From contig OX337228.1 of NCBI GenBank assembly GCA_946965045.2, positions 682,001-746,000 on the forward strand: a DNA stretch of 64,000 bases, written 5' to 3'. Each line of letters starts with the position of its first letter. The stretch's first letter is position 1. This stretch comes from Epithemia pelagica. Taxonomy: Eukaryota > Protista > Bacillariophyta. Of the stretch, positions 35,240 through 48,144 are shown in pieces. Position numbers and translations under genes: made by a program. Below the pieces are notes generated by a model. It did not search any database. It was not told where the DNA came from and was given only the letters and a program-made list of their open reading frames with translations.

Positions 35240-36155
35240 ATGGCCAAGCTCAGCTACCTTACCTCTATAATTATTTTTGCTTTTTCTTGGTCTCCCACCA
35301 ATGGCCTCTTGAAAGGACCTAGCACTGTCAAGTCAAACAACAAAACACGCCAACGTAAACTCATGGTGGAGAAGAAAGACGCTTTTTGCGACAACGACGC
35401 AAGTGTCAAAGTCCTTGGAAGTAATGACTGCAACATTGAACTGAGTAGCGCCAATGGCGATGATGACTCTCTAATCATCCTTGAAGATGACATGGAATGC
35501 AATTTTGAGTTCCCCAGTGATGATGATGCCCCTTCTCAGACTGCAATTTCAATTTCATCCTCTCGAACCACACTGGATTGCAGGGGACACAAGATTATTA
35601 ATCGTGGCGAGACGGGGAATGGAATTAAGATCGAACAAGGCAACAACATTATTGTCCGAAACTGCGATATTTCCCTTCTTCAACAGGGTATCAAAGTGGA
35701 GTCCTCCCAGAATGTTCTTTTACAGAATCTAGCGTCACACGACAACATACGTAATGGCCTCATCCTGAAGGGCTTGACGACGGATGTCACAGTTCTTGAT
35801 TCAAAGTTTGACAAGAATGGTGTCAGTGGCTTTTCGGTCCGTTCCGTGCAGCATGTCTCCAATCTCGTTGTTTCCGGAGTCAACGCGACCAACAATGATA
35901 GTTTTGGCTTTTTTTTTCAACGCAGGTCCAGTGACGGCCAAGCTTTCAAGTGTCGAGTCCACCGGAAACGGTCAGTTTGGAATCCATACTGTTGCTACCA
36001 GAGTCAATCTTTTCATCCAGGATTCCCAGTTCTGTAGCAATGGGGGTGCGAATTCGGGTGACATTGGATCGTTGGTCGGCGGGATCGTTATTCCTCAAGC
36101 TACTACTTGCACGATCGATCAAAGCGGTCGTGACATTTGTGACTGTCAGTGCTAA
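35240..36155 (+). CDS. Secreted right-handed parallel beta-helix protein A (+1 frameshift in a T9 run at 35909-35917)
   Basis: Signal peptide; TLDCRGHKI, NCDIS and PbH1-like repeats; the C-terminus (CDCQC) lies in the next frame and aligns with paralog B. Confidence 0.8.
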
Positions 36156-36831
36156 ATTTGTACTTGTTTGTTTGAAAGATTAACGACCACTGCATGATAT
36201 GTAAAAACACAAGACCTTTTCATCAGCCGCATGTGGTGTAGTTGGCGGGTGTCTTGACGAGAGCGACAGACGTCGAGTTTGTCGAGGCGTGCCATTGCTT
36301 GAAATTGTACGTGGAGTCGCAAATAGCCCATGGAAATGACAGGGTTCCAGGGATTGGTGTAGCCGACCCTTTTGTCTCGACATAGTGTTCGGATGGTTCT
36401 GTGGTGATTGCTCTTTGTTAAGTTGGATCAAAGAAGGAATGGCCAACGGTTGCCAACCATGGCGTTCCGTTATCTTTCGAATGACTTGACAATTAAAGAT
36501 GTAGAATTAACCCAGTATTGATGAAACCATACTTTTATTCTTGTTGCTTGCGGGGCGAGCGGTCATTACTTTTGGACTCCATTGGAATGGTAGACCAAGA
36601 GAGGGCAGAGTCGACGACCAGCAGCTGCACCAATACACCCAATACAATAGTCGTCGTCCAACGGACGGCGCATGGTACCAAATTGCAAAAATTCTCCAGC
36701 GATAATAATGTTCATAGCGTCCGAGGCAATGGTAGTGTTCAAACCAGTGGCCATGATTCCCTTCCACAAATCCCTTTGTAAAGGGTACCAATGTTCTAGT
36801 CGGCCGCCAACGACGACGACGCAGCGTACTG

Positions 36832-37044
36832 CTAAATGTCGTTACTCGAGTTGTCATGATCGGGAGGACAGGTGGCTCGGATAAAGGTCAATTCAGTACA
36901 GTGACGACAGTGTGGATTGTCATTCCGTACGGCTACAACATAGCCCATGCGAAGGAAATGCGTCTGCAAGTGCACCATATCCAAGGCGGTTTGAAACATT
37001 CCCTTGTCCGGATGGAGTTCTGGAAAATGGGTCTTGTAATGCAT
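36832..37044 (-). pseudogene. Conserved exon/fragment of an unidentified gene (copy 1)
   Basis: About 80% aa identity to 49420-49752 in this frame, with lower identity in the other frames. Confidence 0.45.
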
Positions 37045-37466
37045 TCATCGTTTGAATGCCAGACCAGGAAACGAGGGCCGAGTCTACCACGACTACCACG
37101 GCCAGTGGTAGTAGCAGCAACAGAACCAACACTGAAGTGGCCCAAAACGACGATGGATGGTGCCATAGTCCCCATCCAATCCAACACCAACGCGACCGCC
37201 ACCACTCCTACAACCACAAAGAAGGGGACTAGTCGGACGACACGACGAATGATGAAACAGACCCCAACAACAACGACGGTGACCAAAGAGTGGCGCCGTA
37301 TACACACCAAGAGGATCAGTCAATCGAAGAGGGATCAGGATGTGGTGTGATGTGATGATGTGGAGGTGCCGAGTTTAAAGTGACCCATCAGCGAATCCCC
37401 CTATTGAGTGACCCCCCATCAACATTTCGCACCGATGTGCAAGCAAGGCGAATCTGTTTCTTTCAG

Positions 37467-39934
37467 GGACACCCGCTATATTTGTAACCACGACCCCATT
37501 GGGCTTATTTCTGGTTGGCTGAGATGACTGTACCTCATTTCTTTACACTACCAAAAAAGACACAGGCACGTGTCAAAAAATTACTTGAATCTAGCAATTA
37601 TTGAAGTCAGAGAAGCCATGCGCGGAGATTCGCCAAATGTATCGGATGCTATATCGATGCACATACAACTGTATCCAGTCGTGCATCGGGGTTGTATCTA
37701 GTTGTATCGGGGGGCTTAGGTACTGTATCGATACAACGGATTTGTATCGGTTTTTGTATCGGGGGACTCGAGTCCTCTGTATCGGGTCTTCCGAACTTGT
37801 TGCGATTTGTATCCGGCTAAGGCCAATCCTTTAGCTCAACAAAACCAATCCGTGCGGGGCCGGGCCGGATTTGGTTTTGGAAATTGTGCCTAACGCCGTC
37901 CTTACGCATTCGCCAAACAAATCCAAAAGACCGCGCCTTTTCGAATCCTGTCCCCCATCCTCCCCCATCCTCCCCCACCCTTCACTTAGAAAAATTGAAT
38001 ACTAAAACTTTTGGGTACTAAGGAAGCGCAAGGATACCGTTGAAGTCGAACGCCCGTCCATCATGTGTCACGCCCGCCCACCATGTCGAACGCCCGCCTG
38101 ACATATTCGAAACTGTAGGCAGCCTCTACACTAGCATTAGTAAAACACTATCCCTAATGAATTTCCTGGAATTGTTCGAACAAATCCAGAGTTCTGGATT
38201 GGTTTGAACAAATCCGGAAATGCTCTCCTACCCGGATATATGACGTCAACGTGACGCAAAATGCTGACGTGCACGAAATTTTGATTTGGTTTTGCGAGCT
38301 AAAGGATTGGCCTAATGTATCGGGTTGACGGCCACCACCGAGCTCCCTGGTGCGAAATTTCACTGCGCTCCTACATACGAGCTCCACCGCACTGAAATGG
38401 CACAAGCAGTAGCCCGTGCTTTTTTGGTCCCCACTGTTTTTTCTATAGTGATTCTAGCTTCGTAGGAAGACCATTACGGTCATTTTGCACAGCATAACAC
38501 CACCATGGACGATAAAGACCGCTGTGCACCTCCAACGAAAGGTCCTAATACTCCTCTGAACACCCAGGAGGCTTGATCTTCATGTGTACCGTGAAGGGTG
38601 AAAAGGGTGGCGTTAAGATATCTGTTTCCATGGACCTACGGCAAGATCTAGAAGACCTTCCATTTTTGGGTTGGAAGGAAACAACGAGAGGATCAAGATT
38701 GGAGTCCGATAATGGTGGAATGAACGAAGATTGCAGGGATGGACGACAATGGAAGCTCCGAAATAGGTGGATGAGGCACAGGAGAGCAGCGGCAAGGACA
38801 CACGGCAATCTACTGGATGATTCCGAAGAACAAACATGACGAGAATCTCGGCAACCGCATCGAAGGAAGTGACAATCAGAAGACGACGCCACGGGAGACA
38901 ATGAATCCAGCAATTCACTTAACGTCCGTCCGCATGCAACAATCAACTTCTTAGTTTTGCGTGGTCCGAACACAGCAAATGAAAGCCTCGTCGGGTTGGT
39001 TTAAGCGCAACAAGCAACAAAAGTTTGGTTCGACCAAACAAGGAAACAAACGCAACCATGGGTGGACAGACTGCTTCTGTCGCAGCCGACAATGGTGCTG
39101 CTGCTGCTGATTGTTCGAGTGGAAGAAGGAGGGGATGCCGTGGAGCTGCGGCAGCGGTAGACGAAGATGGTGTGGCCGTCCTCCTTCTTCTACATTGCGA
39201 CGAAACAATCAACTCCTTGTCTTTTCGTTACCCTCACCCAACAAATCGGATCCTCGTCCATTGGTGGTAACAAGCGGCGACAACCACAACAAGCGGCGAC
39301 AACCACAAAGACAGCAAGCAGTGACAATGACGACAACAACCCAAAGCTCGTTGAGGCCGAACGAAACACGCGGCGACAGCCACCACAACAACAAGTGGTT
39401 ACAACGACAACAACAATCAACTACTCGCTGCCGCCGAACAAAACACTCGGCGACAAGGACAACACTCGGACAACAACAACCCCAATGCAACAATCAACGA
39501 TCGAACATGCGTTTTGCGATGACGGTTTGTGCAGACTCATTTTTGTTGTAGTATCGGGGGTATTTTGTATCGGGGATGTGTATCGGGGTTTCGTCGATTT
39601 GTATCGGCTGTATCGACCCCCTTGTATCGTTTGTATCGGGGTTGTATCGTTTGTATCGGGTTGTATCGTTTGTATCGGAATTTGTATCGTTTGTATCGGG
39701 TGTTGTTTCGAACAGTTGTATCGTTTGTATCGGGTTGTATCGACCCTCGCCAAATGTGCCGATTCATGTATTTTCCTCTCTATGTATTCTAATTTACAGA
39801 AATATCAATATCGATAAGTATTTTGTTCTATTATAGTGTACCAAAAAGAAAATGAACTTGTCCGTCCTTTGCTCCTTTCGGTATATTCTGTTCAAGGTCC
39901 ATTAGAGCTATGGTTACAAATATACCGGGTGTCC
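37467..39934. mobile_element. Non-autonomous Harbinger-like element inserted in the 5' LTR of copia 2
   Basis: 24-bp TIR GGACACCCG(C/G)TATATTTGTAACCA; TSD CAG (37464-37466 / 39935-39937); subterminal TGTATCG arrays at ~37640-37815 and ~39550-39745. Confidence 0.9.
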
Positions 39935-40107
39935 CAGGTGGTCAGACTGGGAATCGGTCATTCCCGCATGTAGGGGAAGTTCTGGGGGAATGAATGAGGT
40001 GGAGGGTCATTATCGTCTACCATCGTACTAAGGTGGCGGATCCATACATGTAGATCTAAGCTTAGTCTTTTTAAGAACTTGCTTTTTGCCACGACGCGAA
40101 TAAGTGA

Positions 40108-40122
40108 GTTTATCAGACCCAC
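40108..40122 (+). promoter_or_regulatory. PBS of copia 2, complementary to a tRNA-Ile 5' half (anticodon G/I-A-U)
   Basis: Reverse complement GTGGGT-CTGATAA-AC forms an anticodon stem-loop ending at nt 40; identical in copia 4. Confidence 0.7.
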
Positions 40123-40166
40123 TGACTCTGACGAGAAAGACGATAAGAGAGAGTAGAAGCGAAGCG

Positions 40167-43053
40167 ATGACGACGACACGTTTGACGACGAGGAATGGCA
40201 CGGCGAGTACCGCCAAGGGGAACCCGAAGGACTACGAACCTGGTTCAACCGGGGGAAGCGTGAAGGGAACTCCTCGGAATGGCGTTCCGGATGGTGCTTC
40301 AACCATGGGGACGGGCGCCCGTATGAAAGGGATAGGAAGTCCTGGCGCAGGAGCCGGTGACTGGACCGGGGGAAATCCCGGAGTGGCCAGTGCTCGCGGA
40401 GAGACTGGCGGCAGCGCTCGTGGTGGACACGGCGCTGGGGGTGCCGCAGGAGGTGCTGGCGAAGGTGCAGGAGGCACCGGAGGTGCGGGAGGTACTGGAG
40501 GTACCGGAGGCACAGGAGGAGGCGCAGGAGGCGCCGGAGGAGGCGCCGGTGGTGGCGCTGGAGGAGGCGCCGAAGGAGGCGCCGAAGGAGGCGCTGGAGG
40601 AGGCGCTGGTGGCGGCGTAGGTGGTGGTGGCGCCGGAGAAGGAGGCGGAGCCGGCGGTGGTGCCGGCGGTGGAGGCGGTGGAGGTCCGGGAGCAGGAATC
40701 CCCCTTCCCGTGTCGGCCGTTGGCCTTGCCCTTACCGTTTGTGGTGCGAACCCAACCGAAGTCATGGCACTTGAAGTTACGGAGAGGCTTAATACCCTCC
40801 AAGCATTCGGACGCATGTCCTCCGAAGATGTGTCGCAGCTTGCGTCGCGACTTGAAAAACGGAATCCCCCAGTGAGTATTCCCACCGGGGTTGTCCTCAA
40901 CATTCAAGGACTGTGCTTCTGGGCAGCACGTGCTCGTCGTCAAGGCCGGGTAGTACATGCGGGAGATTTTGATGCTTAGGCCCTAGCTAGCTCCTTAGAT
41001 GACATGGAGATCGAGAACAACAAGGACTCGTCTCCTGACATCAAGCCCGATATCCTCAAGGAGGACTCGTGGGAGGAGTGGAGCTTGGAGTTTCCTACGT
41101 ACTTGTCTCATTTACTAGGTAAACAGAAAGCGGCTCTAGACTATGTTACTCGTCCTGAGTTGGAACCAGGGCATGTATTTGCCTCCACGAGGGAGCAAGA
41201 AATGTACAGCTACCCTTTGAGGGGGCCGTTCTATCGCGAAGATAACAGACAGGTGTTTCCGGTTGCTGAGTGACCGGGTCAAGGATCAGCCGGCCACCTG
41301 GATCCAGCCGTTCCAGGCCCAGCAAGACGGCCGTGGGGCGTGGCTAGCACTGGTCAACCACTATGATGGTGGAGGCCAGAAAGAGAAACGCATCATCAAG
41401 GCGGAAAACGTTTTGTCCAACCTGTTCTACAACAATGAACGTGTGTTCAGCTTCGATGCCTATTCGGCTCAGTTGTTGCGTGCCTTCCGCACTCTGGCCT
41501 CATCTCCGAATCGTCGCATGCCATCCAACCAGGTAAAGATTTTGTTGGATAATATCAAGATTTCTACGGCCGAGTTCGCCGTAATTAAAGGCCATGTCCG
41601 AAGCAACTTTCGGTCCGACCTTCATGCTGCCATCTCGTATATCTCCACCGAAGTCTCTGAATTGTTCCCGCAAGCGGTTCTTGGGGGGAGTCATCGTCAA
41701 GCTCGTCATCGGTTTATTTCCGAGGCGAACACAAACGACAACAACCGCTCGCGTCACATCCAAGGATTGAGCCATTCGAATGGCATTTAAACCATGTATG
41801 GTGTGGACGTGACCGGCGTGATGCGGCGCTTCACCGACCAGGAAATGGCAACGCTTGGGACAACTGGACAACAGTACGTCTTCCAGGAACGTGCCAGGAT
41901 TCGGGGACAACAAGGGGGAGGACGGTACCCTGGCAGTCGCGGTGGCCGCGGCGGGGGACGTGGTCGGGGCAACGGTGGCGCCGGACGTGGCGCAGCGGGG
42001 AACGATGGCCGACGGGTTGCCGAGGTCCAGACAGGAGACGAAAATCGGGAGCCGCAACGGGACGCCGGAGGAGCGGCACAGAACGACCGAGGGGGCACGA
42101 ATGGTCGTCGATTCGGACCTGGGGCGTATGGCACAGCAGATGGGGCTGACGGTGATCGAGACGTTGGAATGATCACTTGTGGGCCCAAATGACAAGTCGG
42201 CAAGGTCGAGAAAGGTTGGTTGTTGGACCAATCGAAGACGGGGGAACCAGCCATGGGGCGCAACGAAATGGACACCATGGCGGACACATGTTGTGCCGGT
42301 ATCAACTGGACGCTTGTGGAAACGACCGGTTTGGAATGCGCAGTGAATGATTTCGCTGGCAACCAGGTTGGTGAACAACACGTCCCGGTGGCAACTTGTG
42401 CCACCTTGATCCGTGAAGCCAAGACAGGGATTGAGACAATTGTGATTGGACACCAGATGTTGTGGTTTGGATCCAAGCTAGATAAAACTCTGTTAAACCA
42501 GAACCAGATCCGACATGCCGGGCATACTGTCCGGGACGACCCGACCCGCCAGGGAGAGGAGGGATTTGGTATCTGGGCGGATGGTGTCATGATCCCGTTT
42601 CAAGTGAAAGGGACAGTCGTGTACTTCGAATCACGCGCGCTGAGCCACCAAGAAATCGAAAGTTTGCCTCACATTGTGATCACACGACAGGAATTGTGGG
42701 AGCCCAAGATGGTCGACCTGTCTCGCGTGGGTGCGAGCCCGTACGAAGACGCATATGCGCTGAGTATGGCCGAAATCGGCCGGGTCTCGAGCGTCCTCGA
42801 CCCAGATGCCTTCAATCGGGCACTAGCATCCGTGCAACAAGTGGAAACTGAAAGACACTTGGGAGTGTCGGCCGAGTCCTTGAGTCGCAAATGGAAGGTA
42901 GATCTCCAGACCGCGCGACAGACCCTCCGAGTGACCACCCAACAAGGCATCAGGACTGCCGTTGCACCTATCACGCAGCGGTATCGGGTAGACAATCTTA
43001 GCCCTACACAGGAATCGCTTGCAGACAATGATCTATACGGATACTCTATTTAG
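40167..43053 (+). pseudogene. gag: gag-protease region of copia 2 (Gly-rich N-terminus), with stops at 40977, 41788 and 42190 and frameshifts at ~41260 and ~43000
   Basis: Consecutive ORFs join in frame; protease motif EMDTMADTCCAG. Confidence 0.85.
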
Positions 43054-46000
43054 CAAGACCATGTCTTTGGCCGGGAATAAATGTGCCCAAGTGTTTACCG
43101 ATGGTGGATTTACCGCGGTCTATCCCTTGACGACCAAGGCACATGCCGGCCAAGCCCTTGCCGATTTCATCGACCAAGTGGGTGTCCCTAATCGTCTCAC
43201 GGCGGACTTAGCGGAGGAACAAACAGGAGCGTCCACCATGTTCACCAGACTCACTCGATACCATCGAATCGACCTCCACTGGTCAGAGAAGGGCACGAGC
43301 AAGCAAAACCACAAGGCCGAGCGAGAAATTGGTCTCCTCAAGCAGCGGTGGCGCCGTCGCATGACCGATAAACAAGTCCCTAAGCGCCTTTGGGACTATG
43401 GCCTCGTATATGAGGCCGGTCTCCTCAGCCGAGTCGCCCGGGGACCAGACGGCCGTACCGGCTTGGAACGACTCACTGGGGAGACGCCCGATATCTCCGA
43501 ATGGATCGACTTCCAATTTTACGACCTGGTGTGGTATCATACTAACCAAAAGGCCGATGCCACGGAAGACCAATACCAGTTGGGGTACTGGCTGGGCATA
43601 GCACATCGCATCGGGAGTGACTTGTGCTATTGGGTGTTGACGAAATCGGGCAAGGTTGTCGCCCGAACAACCGTGCAGCACGTGACCAAGGACGACCAGG
43701 AGAAGGAAGAAATCCGCGAGAAGATACGGGATTTTAGGTTGATTGTTGAAAACAGATTAGATGATACGAATTTCACCGACGACTGGGACGGAAAGCCGGG
43801 GTATCTGGAGGACGTCGTCGAGGATGACGACGCGACGGAAAGAAGACGGGGACTTGTCCCTACCGACGAAGAGTATGACCAAATGGTCCAGGAGGAGGCC
43901 CCCGATGCGGATGAGATGGGGAACGAGCACGACGAGTACATCGGTTCCCAGACCCGCATGGACATCGGCGGAGAAGAGCTCATCGGCACCGTAACGAAGA
44001 GACAGAAGGGGTTAGACGGCAAGCCCATAGGTCGAAAGAATAAGAACCCCATCTTCGATACCCGTACTTACGAGGTGAAATTCCCGGGCGGGATAATCCA
44101 TGAATATACGGCGAACGTGGTAGCGGAGAACCTGTTTGCAAGATTGGACGACGAGGGAAAAGAGTTTGTCCTCGTGAAAGAAATTGTTGGACATAGGAAA
44201 GACGGGGACGCGGTCGCGAAGGAAGACAGCTTTACCACCGGAAGGAACGGCAATCGACATCCGAGGCGAACAACGAAAGGATGGGACATTGCCGTCGAGT
44301 TGGTCGATGGGTCACAACAATGGTTACCACTCAAGATCGTGAAGGATGGATATCCACTCGACTTGGCCGAATACGCTGTGGCACAAGGAATAGAATCAGA
44401 ACCGGCGTTTCACTGGTGGGTGCCACAGACACTGAACCATATGCGTCGTATGATAAATAAGGTAAAGAAGAAATATTGGAAGACGACGCAGAAGTTCGGA
44501 ATCCGGCTACCGCATTCGGTTGATGAGGCACTCGCCATCGACGAACAGACAGGGACAGATTACTGGAGGAAAGCTATAGACAAGGAGCTGAAGGTAGTGA
44601 AGGTAGCCTGGGAGTCGCGGGACGACCTAGAATTGGCGGAAGTGCGCGCGGGGCGACAACTAATTGGGTATACGGAAATCAAATGCCACATGGTGTTCGA
44701 TATCAAGCTAGATCTTACCCGCAAGGCACGGTTAGTCGCTGGCGGCCACATGACAGATGCACCTACAAGCCTGACCTATTCCAGTGTGGTCAGTAGGGAC
44801 TCCATTCGCGTGGCGTTCCTGATTGCTGCGCTCAATAACCTGGAGGTAATGGCGTGCGACATCGGGAACGCGTACCTAAACGCGCCGTGTCGGGAGAAGA
44901 TTTGCTTCCTAGGTGGGTCCGAAGTAGGGAGTGAAGATAAGGGCAAGGTATGTGTAATGACGAGAGCATTGTATGGCTTGAAATCCTCGGGAGCTAGTTG
45001 GAGGGCAACATTGATCAGCACATTATATGATATGGGGTTCGTCGACACGCGAGCGGACGCTTGCGTACTACGAAGAAAAGCGAGAAAGGAAAGTGGCGAG
45101 GAATACTATGAGTTGATTCTAGTTTACGTCGACGACATACTCTTGGTCAGTGCCAACCCGCAACCAGTATTGGACGAGATAGATAGCCACTACAAAATCA
45201 AGGCCGGAAGCGTGGGTGAGCCGAGTTTATACCTGGGGGCTCAAGTGTACAAGCACAGTCTCCCTGATGGGAGTTGGTCCTGGGGGATGACAAGTGAGAA
45301 ATACTTGACAAACGCCGTGAAGATAGTCGAACAAATGTTAGTGGATGACGGAGATGGCAAACATCTGAAAACCACAGCGAGGGTACCCATCCTTTCGACT
45401 TACAAACCGGAACTCGACACGAGTCCGGAACTGGGGCCGGAGCTTACCTCTCGGTACCAACAAATGGTGGGAATCCTTCGGTGGGCCGTTGAGCTGGGAC
45501 GGGTAGATATCTATTTGGGGGTGTCCTTGATGTCGCAATACCTGGCTAGTCCGAGGGAAGGACACCTAGAGGCGCTGTACCACGTGTTTGCATTTCTCAA
45601 GAAGCACCCGAAGTTGAAAATGGTGTTTGACCCCAAAGGTGTTCGCTTGGATGAAACGTGTTTCCCACAAATACCCATCGATGAGTGGAAGGAGTTCTAC
45701 GGCAAGGTCGCCGAGGAATTGCCCATCGGAATGCCAGAGCCATTGGGGAGGCCGATCAATATCACCCGCTTCGTCGATGCAGACCATGCTGGGAACGTTG
45801 TTACCCGTCGTTCCCACACCGGCGTCCTTTTGTTCATGCAGAACGCACCCGTCTTGTGGTTCTCCAAGCGGCAAAATACCGAGGAAACGTCGAGTTTCGG
45901 AAGCGAGTTTGTTGCTTTACGGATAGCGAAAGAAATGATCGTATCCATGCGCTATAAACTTCGAATGTTCGGTGTGCCCGTGGTTGAACCAGCTGACGTA

Positions 46001-46279
46001 CTCTGCGACAACCGGGGCGTCGTCAAGAACACGAGCATCTCATCGTCCGTCTTGACAAAGAGACACAACGCCATCAACTATCACGCCGTCCGTGAGGCGG
46101 CCGCCGCAGGGATCCTTCGTGTTGGCAAGGAAGATACCGAAACAAACTTGGCCGACCTGTTCACCAAGATATTGTCACGGGAGCGCAGGAACGAGCTCAT
46201 TTCTCGATTCACGTACTCGTCCGCCTTCGGACAATCTGGCCCGCCAACGATCGCGTCCGATAATGCTGCCAACCTCTAA
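43019..46279 (+). CDS. pol: Intact integrase-RT-RNase H of copia 2
   Basis: YTDTLF/TADLA/KAEREI (IN), CDIGNAYLNA and YVDDIL (RT), FVDADHAG/LCDNRG/LADLFTK (RH). Confidence 0.95.
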   Translation: MQTMIYTDTLFSKTMSLAGNKCAQVFTDGGFTAVYPLTTKAHAGQALADFIDQVGVPNRLTADLAEEQTGASTMFTRLTRYHRIDLHWSEKGTSKQNHKAEREIGLLKQRWRRRMTDKQVPKRLWDYGLVYEAGLLSRVARGPDGRTGLERLTGETPDISEWIDFQFYDLVWYHTNQKADATEDQYQLGYWLGIAHRIGSDLCYWVLTKSGKVVARTTVQHVTKDDQEKEEIREKIRDFRLIVENRLDDTNFTDDWDGKPGYLEDVVEDDDATERRRGLVPTDEEYDQMVQEEAPDADEMGNEHDEYIGSQTRMDIGGEELIGTVTKRQKGLDGKPIGRKNKNPIFDTRTYEVKFPGGIIHEYTANVVAENLFARLDDEGKEFVLVKEIVGHRKDGDAVAKEDSFTTGRNGNRHPRRTTKGWDIAVELVDGSQQWLPLKIVKDGYPLDLAEYAVAQGIESEPAFHWWVPQTLNHMRRMINKVKKKYWKTTQKFGIRLPHSVDEALAIDEQTGTDYWRKAIDKELKVVKVAWESRDDLELAEVRAGRQLIGYTEIKCHMVFDIKLDLTRKARLVAGGHMTDAPTSLTYSSVVSRDSIRVAFLIAALNNLEVMACDIGNAYLNAPCREKICFLGGSEVGSEDKGKVCVMTRALYGLKSSGASWRATLISTLYDMGFVDTRADACVLRRKARKESGEEYYELILVYVDDILLVSANPQPVLDEIDSHYKIKAGSVGEPSLYLGAQVYKHSLPDGSWSWGMTSEKYLTNAVKIVEQMLVDDGDGKHLKTTARVPILSTYKPELDTSPELGPELTSRYQQMVGILRWAVELGRVDIYLGVSLMSQYLASPREGHLEALYHVFAFLKKHPKLKMVFDPKGVRLDETCFPQIPIDEWKEFYGKVAEELPIGMPEPLGRPINITRFVDADHAGNVVTRRSHTGVLLFMQNAPVLWFSKRQNTEETSSFGSEFVALRIAKEMIVSMRYKLRMFGVPVVEPADVLCDNRGVVKNTSISSSVLTKRHNAINYHAVREAAAAGILRVGKEDTETNLADLFTKILSRERRNELISRFTYSSAFGQSGPPTIASDNAANL

Positions 46280-46692
46280 CTCGTTGAATATTGTTTCAAG
46301 TCCCTCACTCATGTTGTTGATTGTGGTACTTGCGGGGACTGTTTCTTTCAGGTGGTCAGACCGGGAATCGGTCATTCCCGCATGTAGGGGAAGTTCTGGG
46401 GGAATGAATGAGGTGGAGGGTCATTATCGTCTACCATCGCACTAAGGTGGCGGATCCATACATGTAGATCTAAGCTTAGTCTTTTTAAGAACTTGCTTTT
46501 TGCCACGACGCGAATAAGTGAAATCCATCCGAAACAAAAACTTTAAACTTTCTTTTTACCATCACAAAAAACATGTCTGTTACGGATCGCCCCTATAACT
46601 TTTGTCCTGTGAAATGGTTCGACCCAAAAACTCTCCAGTCTCATTGCACTCACAAAATCAAAATCTAGCCAAAACCAAAAGTAACACTCACC

Positions 46693-47604
46693 ATGGTCAA
46701 ACTCAACTACCTTACCTCTACCATGATTTTTGCTTTCTCTTGGTCTGCTACCAATGGCCTCTTGAAAGGATCTAGCAGTGTAAAGCCAAGCGCCGAAACA
46801 CGTGCTCGTAAACTCATGATGGACAAGAAAGACAATGCTCCTGAGCAAGATATTCCCCCCGAGCTCGAAATAATCGATCAAGTCCCTTCGTGCGAGAACG
46901 ACGCTAACGTCAAAGTCATTGGATGCAATGACTGCGAGATTCAACTGAATAGCAATGATAACGACTCTTTGATTATTCTGGAAGAAGATATGGAATGCAA
47001 TCTTGATATCGCTAAGGACGCTGCAATTTCAATTTCATCCTCTCGAACCACGTTGGATTGCCGGGGCCACAAGATTATTAATCGTGGCAATTCGGGGAAT
47101 GGCATTGTTATCAATTGCGATATTTCCCTTTTTGAACAGGGAATCCAAATCGCTTCCTCCCAGAATGTTCTTCTGGAGAATATAGAGTCCCATGAGAACA
47201 TACGTAATGGCCTCATCCTCAAAGGCTTGGCGACCACGGATGTCACAGTTCTTGATTCAAAGTTTGAGAATAATGATCTCAGCGGCGTTGCCGTCGTTGC
47301 CCAGCAGCAGGTATCCAACCTCTTTCTTTCCGGAGTCAGTGCCAACAAGAATAAACTTTTTGGATTTGCGTTCAATACTCCTGTTACGGGCAAACTTTTG
47401 AGTGTCGATGCCAAGGAAAACCTTCGTTCTGGTATCGATTCTAGGGGTGAAAGTACAAATCTTTTCATCCAGGATTCCAAGTTTTGTGGCAACAGTGTGA
47501 GTTTCGGTGATGTCGGAGTGTTGGAAGGAACCGTTCTTCACCAAGCTATTACATGCTCAGTCGATCAAGACCCCGACATTGACATTTGTGACTGTCAGTG
47601 CTAA
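46693..47604 (+). CDS. Secreted parallel beta-helix protein B
   Basis: Clear paralog of A (MVKLNYLTS..., ISISSSRTTLDCRGHKII, CDCQC); in-frame ~8-9 aa deletion versus A. Confidence 0.85.
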   Translation: MVKLNYLTSTMIFAFSWSATNGLLKGSSSVKPSAETRARKLMMDKKDNAPEQDIPPELEIIDQVPSCENDANVKVIGCNDCEIQLNSNDNDSLIILEEDMECNLDIAKDAAISISSSRTTLDCRGHKIINRGNSGNGIVINCDISLFEQGIQIASSQNVLLENIESHENIRNGLILKGLATTDVTVLDSKFENNDLSGVAVVAQQQVSNLFLSGVSANKNKLFGFAFNTPVTGKLLSVDAKENLRSGIDSRGESTNLFIQDSKFCGNSVSFGDVGVLEGTVLHQAITCSVDQDPDIDICDCQC

Positions 47605-48144
47605 ATTTGAAAGAGTTACCATTGCGCGATTTCTAATAAACAAAATACCTTTTATCATCAGTATACGCTGTAGTAGCAACAGTTTCGTTTAGGAGACCAA
47701 CGAAACACAATTGCTATCCGTTGTTACTGGTGATGTTCTTGCTGTTGCTTTTTAAAAGAGTAGAGTCCATATGGGTCGAAGAAGAAGCTTCCAAATTTAT
47801 TGGTCCTATCTAGAGTCTGTCCTTGATTTCGTATCGGGAATCGGGAATCATTATCATGGTGCGCATCTGTGCGCATCGTCGTGTTTACAGAAAAATTTAG
47901 AATCGCTGTTGTCTAAGTTCTAAGTACGTACTTTTCGCTTCATGCGACTGGCTCGCGTTCTCAACTCTAACCACTTGCGAGCGAGCGAGCGCATATTGTA
48001 GTCCGTAAGAAAGTTCACTCGGGAAAATTTTGCTATGGATGGCGATCGTCGATTACGTCAAGACCTTGAGATACGGATTCATGGAGCGACGGATCATCTC
48101 ACAAATTACAATCCGTAGACCAGTGAAAACCAACCAAAAACAAA

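Larger units (their letters stand above)
37455..46521 (+). mobile_element. Ty1/copia LTR retrotransposon 2 with a split 5' LTR
   Basis: 182-bp LTRs: 3' at 46340-46521; 5' at 37455-37466 + 39938-40107; termini TG...GA; TSD AATC (37451-37454 / 46522-46525). Confidence 0.92.

Noticed and set aside
39935-40107. A 101- or 173-bp LTR lacking a TG start for copia 2
   Set aside because: The missing 12 bp are at 37455-37466, displaced by a nested insertion.
40232-40958. Pro-rich antisense ORFs
   Set aside because: Reverse complement of the Gly-rich gag region.
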